From: Octopus sinensis
Taxonomy: Eukaryota
Length of the DNA stretch: 64,000 nucleotides
NCBI RefSeq assembly: GCF_006345805.1
Contig: NW_021831989.1
Location: 606,266-670,265 of the forward strand
Direction of reading: 5' to 3'
Position 1 is the stretch's first letter. Every line of letters starts with the position of its first letter. A program made the translations under genes and the position numbers. Shown piece by piece: positions 24,200 through 37,212 of this stretch. The notes under the pieces are model-generated. The model was not told where the DNA came from. It saw only the letters and a list, made by a program, of their open reading frames with translations, and did not search any database.

Positions 24200-26154
24200 A
24201 TGGAGTCTAATGATAGCCCCCCAGGCACAATTCAGACTATCATATCGACACTGGGGAGAATGTTATTAATATATTTTACAATTTCATTTGTCTTTAATAT
24301 GTTTTCGCCGTCACAAAAATCTCAAAACGTACAATCTGGTCAATTCAGAAATATTTATTCCAACGACGCTAAAATTGTCATATATTAAAAAATAAGTATT
24401 TGTAGGACATTTATTTTTACCTGAGTGATTCCGCGGTTGTCACCGACTACTCTCAATATATCTGGACTATTCCTAGCATCCCTTATGCAGACTGGAATGG
24501 CTCATATTCTTACTCGCATACATTTAATCCGTCAGTGGTATACTGTCCTCTTATCACTCTAATAGAAGTCTCTGAATAACGGTTCGATATACCTCATTTC
24601 CGTAGCCGTGATTTCCGGCGATAGTCCTGATCCACAAAGTAAGGCTTACTCGTCCAAGACATCAGTTCAAAACTCCGAAAGTTTATCTTATTTTCTTATT
24701 AAGGTCTGACAAAATATTTAAAAATTACATTTAAAAAATCTGTAAATTTACTGAGCGGGAAAAAAAGCAATGAATATGTATTCTGGTGGTGATTGATTTG
24801 GTCAGAATAAGGAATCTATAATAGTGTCTCACTACCACCCCAATATCACTGTTAATTTATTCTGTGACGACCATATCTGGCCTTCCGTCGAGGTCAATGA
24901 CATCTTGAAGCAATGTTTTATATTTTTAAATGAGTAGTGAACAGTTATCAACTTTCAGCCTCAAGACAGTTCATACAAGCCAGTGTTCTTTTTCAATGAT
25001 TTTTGGAACCTTCGAAGTGAGTACGAGCCCCTCAACGACACGACTCCGTATTTTGTAGTTTGTAAATTCAGGACTTTGGAACTACACTTGACTTATTCCC
25101 CAATTTCTCTTCTAAAAACGCAATTCTATTTGGGGGCCTCTAGGAAGAATCCGTACATGAACTACTTCAAGACTGATGGTGACGAAGAGGACGAAGATCA
25201 AGATAGTCTTAAGGTGTTGTTTGTCCTGAATTATCAAAGACTATGCTGTTGGAGACAAATCCTTACCTGCTCGTCCTTACTGTCGTGATATCCCTTGTTC
25301 ACAGCGTGTTCGATTTCCTTGCCTTTAAAAACGGTACGCTGAGTTGCTCATTTGGAGATATTCAATTTTGGCAGAACAGACAGTCCGTCGTGGGATTGTC
25401 AGTTCGTAGTATCTTCTTCAACATTTTCCAGTCTGTCGTCGTGCTTCTCTACGTCTTTGACAACAACACTAATTTTATGGTGAGACTTAGTCTTATCGTC
25501 TCCCTTGGAATCGAAGTTTGGAAAATTCCAAAGGCCTGCAACGTTGCGGTTTTATTTTGAAATCATTTCATAGGTCGTGTGGTACAGCTTGTTCTCATTT
25601 TCTTTTCCATTTGTTATGCTTACTAACAAAGAGGACTATGAAGAGTCACAAACTTTGAAATATGATCAAGTTTGCCTTTTTAATTGAAACTACAAGTTGG
25701 CGTTTCGATACTTATCATGGATTCTGTTCCCGCTGCTTTTTGGTTATGCAATCTATTCGTTAGTCTATTTGGAGCATGTTGGGTGGTATAGTTGGGTATT
25801 GTCTATGTTGTATGGATTTCTGCTCATGTTCGGTATATATCTTTATTTAGAGGAGTAGGGTTCATAATGATGACTCCTCAATTATTTATTAACTATAAAT
25901 TAAAGTCGGTCGCACACCTTCCTTGGAGAATGTTGACTTACAAGGCAATGAATACGTTTATTGACGATTTGTTTGCATTCGTGATTAAGACACCTACGTT
26001 GTACAGGATTGGGTGTTTCCGTGACGGTAAGGCAGTGGTTGTTAGTGTAGATATAATCTTCTTTATATATCTTTACCAGAGATACATTTATCCAACTGAT
26101 AAAAAGAGGGTTAATGAATTCGGGACTGATGGAATGGTCGACAAAATAGATTGA
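24200..26154 (+). CDS. CLPTM1: Cleft lip and palate transmembrane protein 1 (lipid scramblase family), spliced
   Basis: FFNDFWNL, LETNPYLL, FDFLAFKN|DIQFW, GLSVRS, GFIMMTPQLFINYKLKSVAHLPWRMLTYKA.NTFIDDLFAF, YRIGCFRD|DIIFFIYLYQRYIY..RVNEFG. Confidence 0.93.
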
Positions 26155-27329
26155 TCATATTCCACATTACTTAACTAACTTTTGTTTTCTAAAATAAATT
26201 AATTGTTAAATAGTTCTCCAGAATAATTAACATAGTGTTGAACTATCTTGTTTTTAAATCTAAAAGTACTTTTCATATGGAACATTTAACGAAGCAAACG
26301 GAGATTTTAATCTGATCACTTTCCCGACAACATCCTAATATTATACAACAAAGTTAGTCTTTCCGTCAATCCCAAAATTATCATCGTATGTCTGGCCATC
26401 TATCTTTCAGCGTTGTCTTTAATACTTAAACGTTATTGAATGAGTATTTCAAGCATAAGAAACAAAAGAACATCGACAGATTTTGAGTTTATTAGCTTTT
26501 GGGTACTATAGCAATAGATTTATAAGCAATTTTAATGCCTACTCAAAACTAAAAAAATAACTCTTAGTTTAAGGTGGGTACCAAGTATTTGACCTTGACA
26601 ATCAATCCTATCCATCCAGTTTAAAGATAATTCGAACCGTTATACCGAGATTTTTTTTGTACAGACATTAAAACACTAAGCAGATTTTTAAACTCCAGAT
26701 ACTTAGACATTACTGAATAATACATGAATTAATCTGAATCATGAATTATGAGAAGATTATACTGCTAAGAGCTAGATATTAATTTTGTATGAAATCAATG
26801 AGTGCCATATATTCGGCCATTTCTCTTTTGGTTGAGGTGGTGACGTACCTCTGTCTGTTTCGGATATGTCTTTTTCGCGTTTTACAACTTTCGAGATGTC
26901 CCCCACGTATTCATTTGGGTGCTTTAACACTTCTGATGATCTCGACAATCTGAGAGAATTGGAAAAGAGGAGAGGCACCTGGAGAAGGTTGTGGAACAGT
27001 ATTGTTGTTTACGCGGCACAAGGGAAGCTTAATTAGTTTTATGACTTCTCGGGAGTGCTTTTAATAATAATATGAAATCAATCAATATAAGCATCTTGCA
27101 AATCAGAAGGGAGGGGACTGAAGAAATGCTGTTAGAGAATAGAAATAAGGTTAACCTGCAATCCGCTTTAAATGTTTTTACATAAAAATATAAGACCGTG
27201 AAGTCAAAGCTTTGTGCTTGCATAGCTGCTACAAAGAGATCTTAATAGATAAGCCTTATTTTATTTAATAAAAATGAAATGTCAAAACACAGACGAGATG
27301 AAAAGTGAATCTTGGATCTAAAATTTGTG

Positions 27330-28166
27330 AATGAATGAATATGGTTTATTTAAAATTTGTCCTTTGCAGTTGATGCTACCACACATTTGAACGACCTTAT
27401 TTTGGAATTACAGGGCAAAACAAGCTCATAACTCATTTGTCAAATGATATTAAGTTTTTTATTTCGAAAATAAAATTATAGAAGTTTCAATTATTAAATA
27501 AAGATTTAACTAATTTTTTTACTTGTAAAGAGCTGAAAAGTACTGTTGGTGCACGTACTGTAATGAATTTTTCCAGTAGGAAAAAAACTGGATTTGTTGT
27601 TAAAGGAATTTCAGGAAAGATTCAATGATTTTTCGTCTTTTGAACAGGAATTTTCATTATTTACAGCACCATTCGCTTTTGATGTCCAATGCAGATAAAA
27701 GTTGACAAATTGAATTGTTGGAAATCTATACTAAAGGCTAAATATTTGGAAGTTGGAATATTTGCTTTCTTTACGCATCTTCCTGAAAAGATTAAAAACT
27801 TTAGAAATTTTGCTGCCAAAATAATTGCTATTTTTGGTTCGACACATGTGTGTGAACAACTTTTTTCATTTATGAAATTAACAAAAACTGTTCATAGAAC
27901 ACGACTCACAGATAAAAATCTGTTGACTTTAATTAATGTCGGGACTACACGAATAATCGAGTCTGAACTATCAAAAATTGTATTGGAAAAAAGAAGTCAA
28001 TCAGATGTCAAGATGTGAAGTAGGTCTAAGCACGATTAAAAGATGGTGATTACATATTTAGATTTCTTTATTTTTGGGTTTTCACTAAAATGAATAAATA
28101 ATCTTTTTTTGATAAAAAAATTATTATAAATGCGGCTCCTGAAACAAAATGAGTTTGACACCCCTG
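27330..28166 (+). mobile_element. hAT (GTF2IRD2/SPIN-like) transposon 3' part with right TIR
   Basis: AFAVD..HLNDL.LELQGK; FGSTHVCEQLFSFMKLTK..RTRLTD; terminal gagtttgacacccctg at 28151-28166. Confidence 0.8.
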
Positions 28167-28699
28167 ATCTATACATTGCTATGAGAGGTGACCATAATCG
28201 AAAAATAAATTGTCTTTTTTGCTTTTTATGTATATCTATGAAAATTGTAAATTTAAAATATATTTTTGTTTTACTAAAATATATTATTTTTGAATTAATA
28301 ACAATTACTACATACATTAGTTCTTGTTAATTGCATCTCCAGTTAAATGTCGAATCCAATGAAAAAGTTTATGATATGCGCAATTTCGATATTAGTTATT
28401 CCTATATTGTCATATTTCGTCAGCAAGCAGTATATTTTTCAAGGTATTATACATTTGTTGTATTAATAGACATTTTACTTTACGATAACAAAATGAGTGC
28501 CATATATTCGGCCATTTCTTCAATTGTGATTGTTCATATAATTTTAATTTACTACATTTATTTGGCTTATCATGAGGAAGAATCTGAGAGGTTGAAGATT
28601 GATTGATTGATCGACTGCATGCCTTAGTCATTCACTTACTTATTTTTAAATCTTTTACTAATAAAAACAACTTATTAATACAAAAAACTGTTATTTAAA

Positions 28700-29630
28700 G
28701 AACTTAAAGTAAGTATTAATTAAATAATCTCCTTCTGGTCGATACATCTTCTATTCGCACAGAGATTAAGGTAGGCAATCCCGTCTCTTTGTTTCAATGT
28801 TCTGGCAGGCACTGGCAATGTTGTGTACACATTCATTTGGTGATAAATCTTTTTCATTCTTTTTTCAGTTCAAGCGTCCTTTCCCATTGTTCAACTGTAT
28901 TTTTATAGTAGACAATCATGCTCTCAAGGGTTTTCTTTATAGTAGATGATTGAATGTATGTGTGAGTTCTCTCACTGATGTTAAGCGAGCGTGCATAGTG
29001 TAGAAATTATTGAGTTACCACTCCATTCCATGTTAATACAATAGGTTTGACGAACAAATCGGGTTTGTTATGTTCCAAAGCCAAATCAGTCTTTATAAAT
29101 GTGTTCACCCTGATTTCAGCGTTTTCACTTGTCGATACAGATTCTAGTGAATGTGTTTTGAGCTTTTTGTTATTTTTGAATCCGAATTCTCGACAGAAAT
29201 GAAAGTGTATGTATCTCATTACTTTATTATTTCTCCTGACATAATCCCCATTTAACATCCCCTCACATCTAGTGGCACAGTGATTGACGGTCTTCATCCA
29301 CCTCATGCAGTGGAAACACATTCAGTTATGTTCTGTAAAGAATAAATTTTTATTTTGCACGAGATAGAATAAGCTTCAGACCGTGGGGAGTTTTTGCCTT
29401 TGGCTAGCCAGTGACTAAAATTTTTGAAATTCACAAAATTCTCCACAACACTTTTGTATAATATGGAATGAAGACACTTTGAAAAAATCTGTATAATCTC
29501 TGTCTGTTTGCCGGTCGAAAATGTATTCTATTAATTTTGCCAGATTGCATTGTCCACCATTTCATATTCAAATGGATCATATCGACTAGTCCAATGTAAT
29601 AGTTGTAAGTGAGAGTGCGTGTTCATTAAT
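28700..29630 (-). mobile_element. R4-like RLE retrotransposon 3' half, degenerate
   Basis: CFHC..TVNHCATRC (CCHC), YVRRNNKVMRYIH, AEIRVNTFIKTD..HNKPD, LTWNGVVT. Confidence 0.8.
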
Positions 29631-30329
29631 TTCTTCGAACATGTTCACTTCATTCAGTTTTGTATTTTCTAACTTTTCAATCCGCGTGAATTCTTCTCTA
29701 AAAATGATTTTCGGTTTTTTTGGTTTTTTACTTTTCAAGTTGAACTTTCAATTACTTCGGATACTTATATCCATCCATTTTGTCTGGAACTTTTGCCTCC
29801 GCCGATTTATTTTTTTTATTTATTAACCCCCAAGCTTGCATAGCAAACCCTGCACAAACAATCACAGCTAACTAATCGAATGAAGAACCCAAGAAAAGAA
29901 GGAACTGTCTGTGCCGATCAGCAATAGCCTCCAAATCTTCAATACAGCCTTTCGGATCCAAAGAAAGGTGGGCCCAGTTCCCATTTGTCAGCGTCCTACC
30001 GTCGCTCACCGCACATCATTTGTTTTCGGAAAAGTTTTTACATAAAGAAGATTTTGCATTGGTAATGTGATCAAGGGAAGGTATGACCCTTTCTACATCT
30101 GTGTCGTGCCAGATGGACTCGTCGCCTCACGGGTGGGAACGATGACAAGACTTGACCCCAGCGTCGCCTCACGGGTGGAAGAAAAATTTTTTTAATAAAT
30201 TTGCAACAAATGTGAAATCTGTAATAAAACTTGCGTACGCAACGGAATTAAAAGATACCCACATTTACGAGTTTTAAAAAATAAGAACTGCTATCTTCTA
30301 ATATTGCTAGATAAAACAATTAAGTTAAA

Positions 30330-30950
30330 CTAGTTAAAAGCTTCACGAAACGCTCGACCAGCCTCGCGAATAGCAAAGCTATTCCCACTGATCACAGTAA
30401 TTGACAGACGTTCTATGAGCCAAGATGTTCTTAAAAAATTATGGATTAAATTTCTAATGAGGCATCTACGGAGACAAAAAACGAAATGAAATCCGATATA
30501 TCTTTTCAAATCTATGGACAAATTTTCCCTCTTTTTATAACTATTAAGTATACTTTCTATGTGAATTTAGAAACTGTTATTTACTAGAAGTTAACAAAGC
30601 CATCTATCCGAAGTGGACCCCGCCAACATAATTGACATTGCGTTGCCTCTCACGATAGCAACGGAGATCAACTGGAGAAGCCACCGGGTCTCACGTGTGT
30701 CGTGGCTTTTTAATGTGGCTAAGCGTCCGAGCTTCTTTAGGAAGCGAAGTGATTTCCCACTTATTCCTCCAGTTGTCTCGACTACAATCGGACAGAACAC
30801 GAATCGGTCTCGCAGCGCTTCATATTTTCTCTCCTTTGCCCTCATCGTTTTTTCCGCGGCATACAGTCTGTCCACTGCGCTCCCGGCAATGTTGGACGGG
30901 CAGAGAGTGTCCACACAGGTTGCGTCCCAGACTAGGGGTTTCCCCTCTTC
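30330..30950 (-). mobile_element. Two CRE-like retrotransposon 3' ends (30330-30430 and 30591-30950)
   Basis: GKPLVWDATCVDTL..AKERKY..FCPIVVETTG..WLLQLISVAIVRGNA. Confidence 0.85.
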
Positions 30951-31239
30951 AAAATTAGATTGATTAATATCTAGCCTGGGAAATTCGAACAAATTGATAA
31001 GAATGTTCGCAGAATTTTTTATTGAGATTCATATTCATCTGCGACCGGCAAACAAAACAAGAATTTACCTATCAGAGAATAAACTTGGAAGAGGCCTTAA
31101 CTATGTCAGCAACAAATCTGAACAAGTGTTTTTCAATTTTACCATGATTTGGAGCATAAAGTCAATTACTGCCTGAGAAGGACATGTTTTTGATAAAGAA
31201 TTATAATTAATAGTTATTCCGTTTTCGTTATTTGTAGTG

Positions 31240-31805
31240 TTTTATTCTATCAACCTCAGTCTCTTAGGGCCCAGGTTCAGTCCACGGATGGCCAGATTCA
31301 TGTCAACGTGCAGTCTAAATTCAGGGGCTACCTCTTCAACAGGCATCGATAACCCGTGCCTTGTCTCGGCTTGCATGCTTTCTAAGGTCTTCCGCAACAT
31401 CAGTGTCTCGATGTATGCCTTCACCCTGTCCTCCACGCCAAGCACCGCCAGATGGTTTTTGAAGTATTTTGACACTATTCCGTCCAAGGTCATGACGACA
31501 GGGACGATTTTTTACCTTCGCCCGGCGGATCGTTCCCAGTTCATTTTCCAAAAAGTCGTATTTGTGGAACTTTTTCACTTCGACCTGCTTGAGACAATTC
31601 TGTGAAGTGATCCCCACCTCGATAAGCGTAATTGTGTTGCTCGATTTGTCGTGAACAAATATGTCGGGTTTGTTATTCGGGACAGCATTATCAGTCTGGA
31701 GGTTTGTATCAAGTCGGAATTCCACAAATTCATTGGTGGTAACAGATTGGACTGAATGGGTTTTTAATTTTTCGACTTTTTAATCCCATATTGGCGACAT
31801 AGATG
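31240..31805 (-). mobile_element. R4-like retrotransposon RLE domain (3' end)
   Basis: EFRLDTNLQTD..NNKPDIFVHDK..ITLIEVGITSQ..EVKKFHKYD.LENELG; DGIVSKY..AYIET.MLRKTLES. Confidence 0.85.
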
Positions 31806-31807
31806 TA

Positions 31808-33060
31808 CAGTGGGCCCAAAAAGTCATGGCACCACTTAATAAATTTTAGTATTTTACGTTTTTACCCATAAAATATGAAGTATTTTGACTTTTAATTATT
31901 TTTTTGAAAACTTAAAAAGATTGTGAATTAGAAAATAATTTTAAATCTTTAAAATTACCGATAACTGACAAAGAAAAAACATTTGTTTAATTTTTAGCGT
32001 TATTTAAGGGTCAATAAGTGTTGGCACGATGCCTTATTAATATTTTGTTGCATGCCCTTTTGCAACAATTACTGCTTCTAATCTTCTTTAGTATGTATCT
32101 ATTAATTTAAAGCATTCTTCTTTGGAAATTTTATTCCACTCCTCACGGCAGAATGCTTTTAACTCCACTATATTTCTAGGTCTTCGGTTTCCTACCTTTA
32201 TTTTCAACGTTTTCCATAAATTTTCAATTGGGTTTAAGTCAGGAGATTGACTAGGCCATTTCAGAACATTTATTCCTTTATTATTAGGCCATTCAGTAGT
32301 TATTTTAGCTTTATGTTTGGGATCGTTGTCGTGTTGAAACGTCCAATTGCTTCTTAGCTTTAATTTATTGATGGACGGAACTAAACAATTTTCCAAAATT
32401 TCGACGTACATCTTGGCATTCAATATTCCATCTATGAAAAATAGTTCACCCACTCCTCGAGACGAAAAACACGCCCATAAAATTATGCTCCCTCCTCCGT
32501 GCTTAACTGTCGGTATGGTACATTTTTTGTCATATTCTTGATTTTTTTCCTCCAAATATATTTTTTATAATTGAGGCCAAAAAGTTCAATTTTGGTTTCA
32601 TCTGACCATAATATGTTCATTATATATTCTAAATTTTTATTTAAAATATTCTGAGCGAATTTTAGTCGCGCTGATATATGGACTTTTTTTAGTAGAAGAA
32701 TATGTCGTGCCCTCCTTTTATGAATTCCTTGTTTGCGTAATGTATTAGTTATCGTAGATAAACCAACTTTGATTTCCACGGTCTCTAAATCATCTACCAG
32801 CTTGCTTCTAATAATTCTGGGATCATTTGCCACTGTACTTTTTATCATTGAAAGAGAACGGCTCGATATCTTTTTAGGTGCACCAGACCTCGATTTATTG
32901 CAAACATTTCCTCGTTCTTTCCAACGGACTATTATATTTCTTACTGAACTTTTCGGAATATTGAATTATCTGGAAATTTGGTTGTAACTTTTTTTTTCTT
33001 GGTGGGACTTGACGATCATCTGTTTTAGCTCAAAAGAATATTCCTTCCGATTTCCCATAA
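31808..33060 (-). mobile_element. Tc1-family DNA transposon, degenerate; 5' TIR missing
   Basis: TA+cagtgggcccaaaaagtcatggcac end; HTH..RSGAPKK; ILWSDETK; TVKHGGGSIILWACFS; FQHDNDPKH; SPDLNPIENLW. Contains stops and frameshifts. Confidence 0.9.
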
Positions 33061-33099
33061 AGTATCCATCGAGCCCATCGAGTAAGCAAGCTTTCATAG

Positions 33100-33365
33100 A
33101 TATACAAAGACATGACATTCGTCACAGATTTTTCATCATTTTTTTCCAATCCAGCTAGGTCAAAAAACGATTCAACTTCTACTATCATTTCCATCATGTC
33201 ATTGTGACGCGAAAATAGTTTTATATCGTCCATAAAAAGAAGGTGGTTAATAGCATATGCGGGTTCCCCCTTCCTGAGTTTCCCATCATTACTTTCGGGA
33301 ATTTTCCGTCGAGCATTCGGCTTAGAGGGTTCATCAACAGCACAAAGATCAGAGGTGAGAGAGTA
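33100..33365 (-). mobile_element. R4-like RT fragment (domains 4-6)
   Basis: LSPLIFVLLMNPLS..INHLLFMDDIKLF..GLEKNDEKS. Confidence 0.8.
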
Positions 33366-35160
33366 CAGTAGACTATCCATTTAACGAAAAAAAATTTAAC
33401 GAAAATATTCATTTTACGAAAGTCAAAATATTTTTTTTACGTTTTTCCTTAGATAAATTCAAAAATAAAATTTTTTTTCTTTGTATTAGTGAATATTTAA
33501 ATATATTTAACGAATATTTAAATAACGAAAATTAAAATTTTTGATAAAATTTTAAAATAATTTTTCCTCGCTATTTCTTTGTAGTAAACCATGTGTGCAA
33601 GGATGAACAATATGAAGAAAAAAAGAAAAACTTATCAAATTCAACAAAAACTGGAAGTTATTGATTTCAAGAAGAATAATCCTGCTGTTACTCAAGAAAA
33701 TTTGGCTCAGCGGTTTAATATGCCTATTGGAGTGATCAATTCAACGTTGAAGAAAATGCAATTGTATGGATCAAGGCGTCACAAACAAAAAAAGAATGTT
33801 ACACTTAAAAGTTGTACTGATAAGATATATGAACCACTATATGCATGGATTCAGAACAAACGTTTCTGTAATCACACCATAACTAATGAAATGGTACGCG
33901 AAATGGCACTCAAAATTGCTCAACGATTTTATATTGAAAATTTCAAAGCATCTCACCCATGGATTTTACGCTTTAAGGAAGAGTATAAAATAAAAACACT
34001 CACGATTTCTGGAGAAGAACAATTAGTGGATCCCGTTTTGCTTATAGATTCATATGAACGCTTTGCAGCCATGTTAAAAAAATATGGATCAAAAAATTTT
34101 TACAACTGCGATGAAACTGCCCTTTTTTCAAATGTACTCCAAAAAAAACATTAGTTCTTGACTCCGAATCAAGGGCTTCAGGAAAATTTTCTAAAGAACG
34201 AATAACACTGTTATTATGCACAAATATGGAAGGAGATAAAGAGCATCCGTTGGTAATCGGAAAATTCAAAAATCCTCATGGTTTTAAAAATATTAATATG
34301 AATAATCTTGGGATTCAATATGCAAATAGCAATAAATCTTGGATGACCAGTTTAATTTTTAAAAACTGGGTTGAACGGTTAAATTCCAAAATGAGTGTGG
34401 AAAATAGAAAGATTTTGCTTCTTTTAGATAATGCGCCAGTTCACTATTTTGATGGCGAATTCAGTAATATCGAATTGTATTTTCTTCCTCCAAAGACAAC
34501 ATCTAAGATTCAACCAATTGATCAAGGGATTGTGCATTCATTTATAACGTTGTATAAAAAAGGAATGACTAGAAATTTGAGTATGGGAACAAATATAGGA
34601 ACATTGTCATATACAGATGAACTTACCAAATTCAAATTAGTTAATGCTCTACCTTTAATTATTGAGGCTTGGAACGAAGTCACAGTGGACACTATCAAAA
34701 ATTGCTTTAACAAGGCATTAAATAATTGGGCGAAGATAGATGAAAAAATACTTGAAGAATCCACTGACGAAAAAGGTATTAAATTTAAATCATCTTACAA
34801 TTAAAGATAATAAAAGTGAAATTATGATTGAGTTTCCTGTCTGTGCACCTGTCGTCTGCGAAGAAAACGCGTATCTTGATACAATACAATGTGAGGAAGA
34901 AAATGAGCATGAAGAAATAGATAGCACAAATGACAATCCCATTGGTATGCAGACGCACTTAAATATTGGAAAATATTGAAAAAATTTTTTGCAAGAATCT
35001 GGTGAACATATTCACCTAATTACAAATTTGAGAAATATATTGGCAAAAATTAAAAAGAAGGAACCTAAAATTACCGATTACATGACACATTTTTAATTAA
35101 ACAATTTTTTTCGTTAAATCATTTAACGAATGCTCAATTTTCATTTTTGTTAAATGAATA
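33366..35160 (+). mobile_element. pogo/Tigger DNA transposon (CENP-B HTH + DD30D), near full length, frameshifted, with a 31-nt intron
   Basis: TA+cagtagactatccatttaacg left TIR; FKAS.PWI.RFK; NCDETALF; KERITLLLCTNMEG; LLLDNAPVH..30 aa..QPIDQG; C-terminal EPKITDYM (PIP-box-like). The right TIR ttgttaaatgaata is cut by the next element. Confidence 0.9.
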
Positions 35161-35953
35161 CAGTACCGCTCAAATGTTTCGGACCACCCTATTTTTCTCA
35201 ATTTCCAAGTCAATCCTAAATTATTTTTTACGGTTCTTTAGAGAAACTTATTAGATAAGCTTAAATACATTTATTCTATTCTAAAATTTTCTTTAAATTT
35301 TTTGTTTGGCGCCAATTGAATATAATTGATTTTTGACTCGATCATATGTTCCGGACCAGTTGCAATCATATGTTTCGAACCAGTTAAATCTCTTTAAATT
35401 TAAATAATTTTTGATTCAATTAAAAACAAAAGACTAATAAATAACAAATGCCGCGTGTTTCACTGGTTGATCGGGTCGCTATCATCACTTTTTTTAAAGA
35501 TGGAGCTTCACAAAGAGAAATTGCCGAAAAATTAAAAATATCCAAAACTGCTGTTCAAAGAACAATTTCCAGATATTCATCCGTTGGACTATATTCCGAC
35601 AGACCCAAATCTGGTCGACCGAGATTGTTATCCCCAAGATCTGAACGCAAATTAGTGAGAATTTCGAAAGCAGACCCCACAAAAACGGCAAATCAAATTA
35701 AATTTGATATGAAATTAAATTCTATTGTAAGCACAAATACAATTAAAAGATGCCTACAAAGAAATAATTTGAATGGGCGAAAGCAATGCCCAAAACCAAG
35801 TCTTTCCATATGCCATAAAAAGGCTAGAAAAAATTGGTGCATTGAGAAATTAACTTGGAGCCAAAATGATTGGGGTAAAATTATTTTTAGTGATGAATGC
35901 AAAATAAATTTGCATTCAAACACAAAAAATTATGTTAGAAGGCCACCAAACTC
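35161..35953 (+). mobile_element. Tc1-family transposon 5' half, truncated
   Basis: TA+cagtaccgctcaaatgtttcggacca with internal repeats (tgttccggacca); ORF from 35448 with HTH, SGRPR and IIFSDECK; truncated after YVRRPP. Confidence 0.85.
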
Positions 35954-36335
35954 TAGTATACATCTATTGATTTTAACTTCTCCCAGTGTTTTGCTTTCCA
36001 AATTTATACAGATTTTCCATTTGGTAGTGAGTTTCTTGATACCATTCAACATTGGAGGCCAGAGTTTTGCAGGGTCTTGATTAAGAATTCGTGATTGACT
36101 GAGTTAAATGCTTTCCTCACATCAATTCACATACAAGATAGCTTATTCTCATTTTGCTGGTTGATACAATGATTTACAATTGCCTGTTCCTTCGCTCCTT
36201 GACACATTCTTTGTGTTCCAAGTTGATTGTTGCTAACAAGACCATATGCGTCTAATTTGTTGTTCACACACTTTTTCATCAGTTTATACATGTTGGACAT
36301 ATACGTAATTGGTCTCAAATCCTTGGGCGAATCAC
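35953..36335 (-). mobile_element. R4-like RT fragment (domains 1-4)
   Basis: PKDLRPITYMSNMYKL..NNQLGTQRMCQGAKEQA..IDVRKAFNSVNH..LGEVKINR. Confidence 0.85.
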
Positions 36336-36511
36336 ATATATAAACTTTTGGTTAACCAGACTACTAAGACAACCACATCGATGGATAACTGTTGCCCGAA
36401 TATTTGCAACTCTCCTTCGAGTTGACTGCAAGTACACAGGAAAAATTTTGTCCAATTACTAGCAAACGATAAACGGAATAAGTCAACATTCAATCAAAAA
36501 TCGGTCTATTT

Positions 36512-37119
36512 CAGCGGTTCTCAACCTTTTTTAGACTGGGGACCACTTTTGCACTATAAAATTTTGTGGGGACCACCTAAATAAAATAAACATTTTTTGG
36601 TATTAGCGCACAATTTTGGCCTCGTCAGGGCCAGGTTTAGACATGTTCGAATATTTATTATAAAAATAACATGAACATTATGAAAATAACAGAAAATTTA
36701 ATAGTAATTTAGTGAGATTTCTGATCTTGTTTGCTCGGAATAATTTTACTTATATCAGGCTCTATGTTCGACAAAGCTACTCGCATATCATCTTGTACCC
36801 GTAGTCTATTCTATATTTTGTTTTTAGAAAAGTCAGACACGACATCGCCATTTCACAGTGATAAGTAGTGGGGAATACAAGTATTGATTCCAATGCAGTT
36901 TTACTAAAAATGGGGAATTCTTTATATTGTTATTTTTCGAAAATTCCTGGGGACCACTAAAAATTTTCTGGGGACCACGATTGAGAACCGCTTGATTAAT
37001 TTCAATGTTTTTGATTTATACTTAATTGTAAAATTAGTTTTAACTTTATATATTTTTATTTTTCGAAAATTCCTGGGGACCACTAAAAATTTTCTGGGGA
37101 CCACGGTTGAGAACCGCTG
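36512..37119 (-). mobile_element. Non-autonomous hAT (Buster-type) element
   Basis: TIRs cagcggttctcaacc / ggttgagaaccgctg; 8-bp TSD GTCTATTT (36504-36511, 37120-37127); ggggacca subterminal repeats; remnant FPTTYHCE..KTKYR..DMRVALS. Confidence 0.93.
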
Positions 37120-37212
37120 GTCTATTTACTGGCTTTAATAAAAAAATTAGTAATTTTGTCGGTAATTAAATTGTAGCAATGTTAATTCAACAGATTTATT
37201 AGTAAATAAAAA

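Noticed and set aside
34120-34155. Programmed ribosomal frameshift in the pogo transposase
   Set aside because: One missing T in a T-run explains it and more frameshifts occur downstream, so mutation or sequencing error is more likely.
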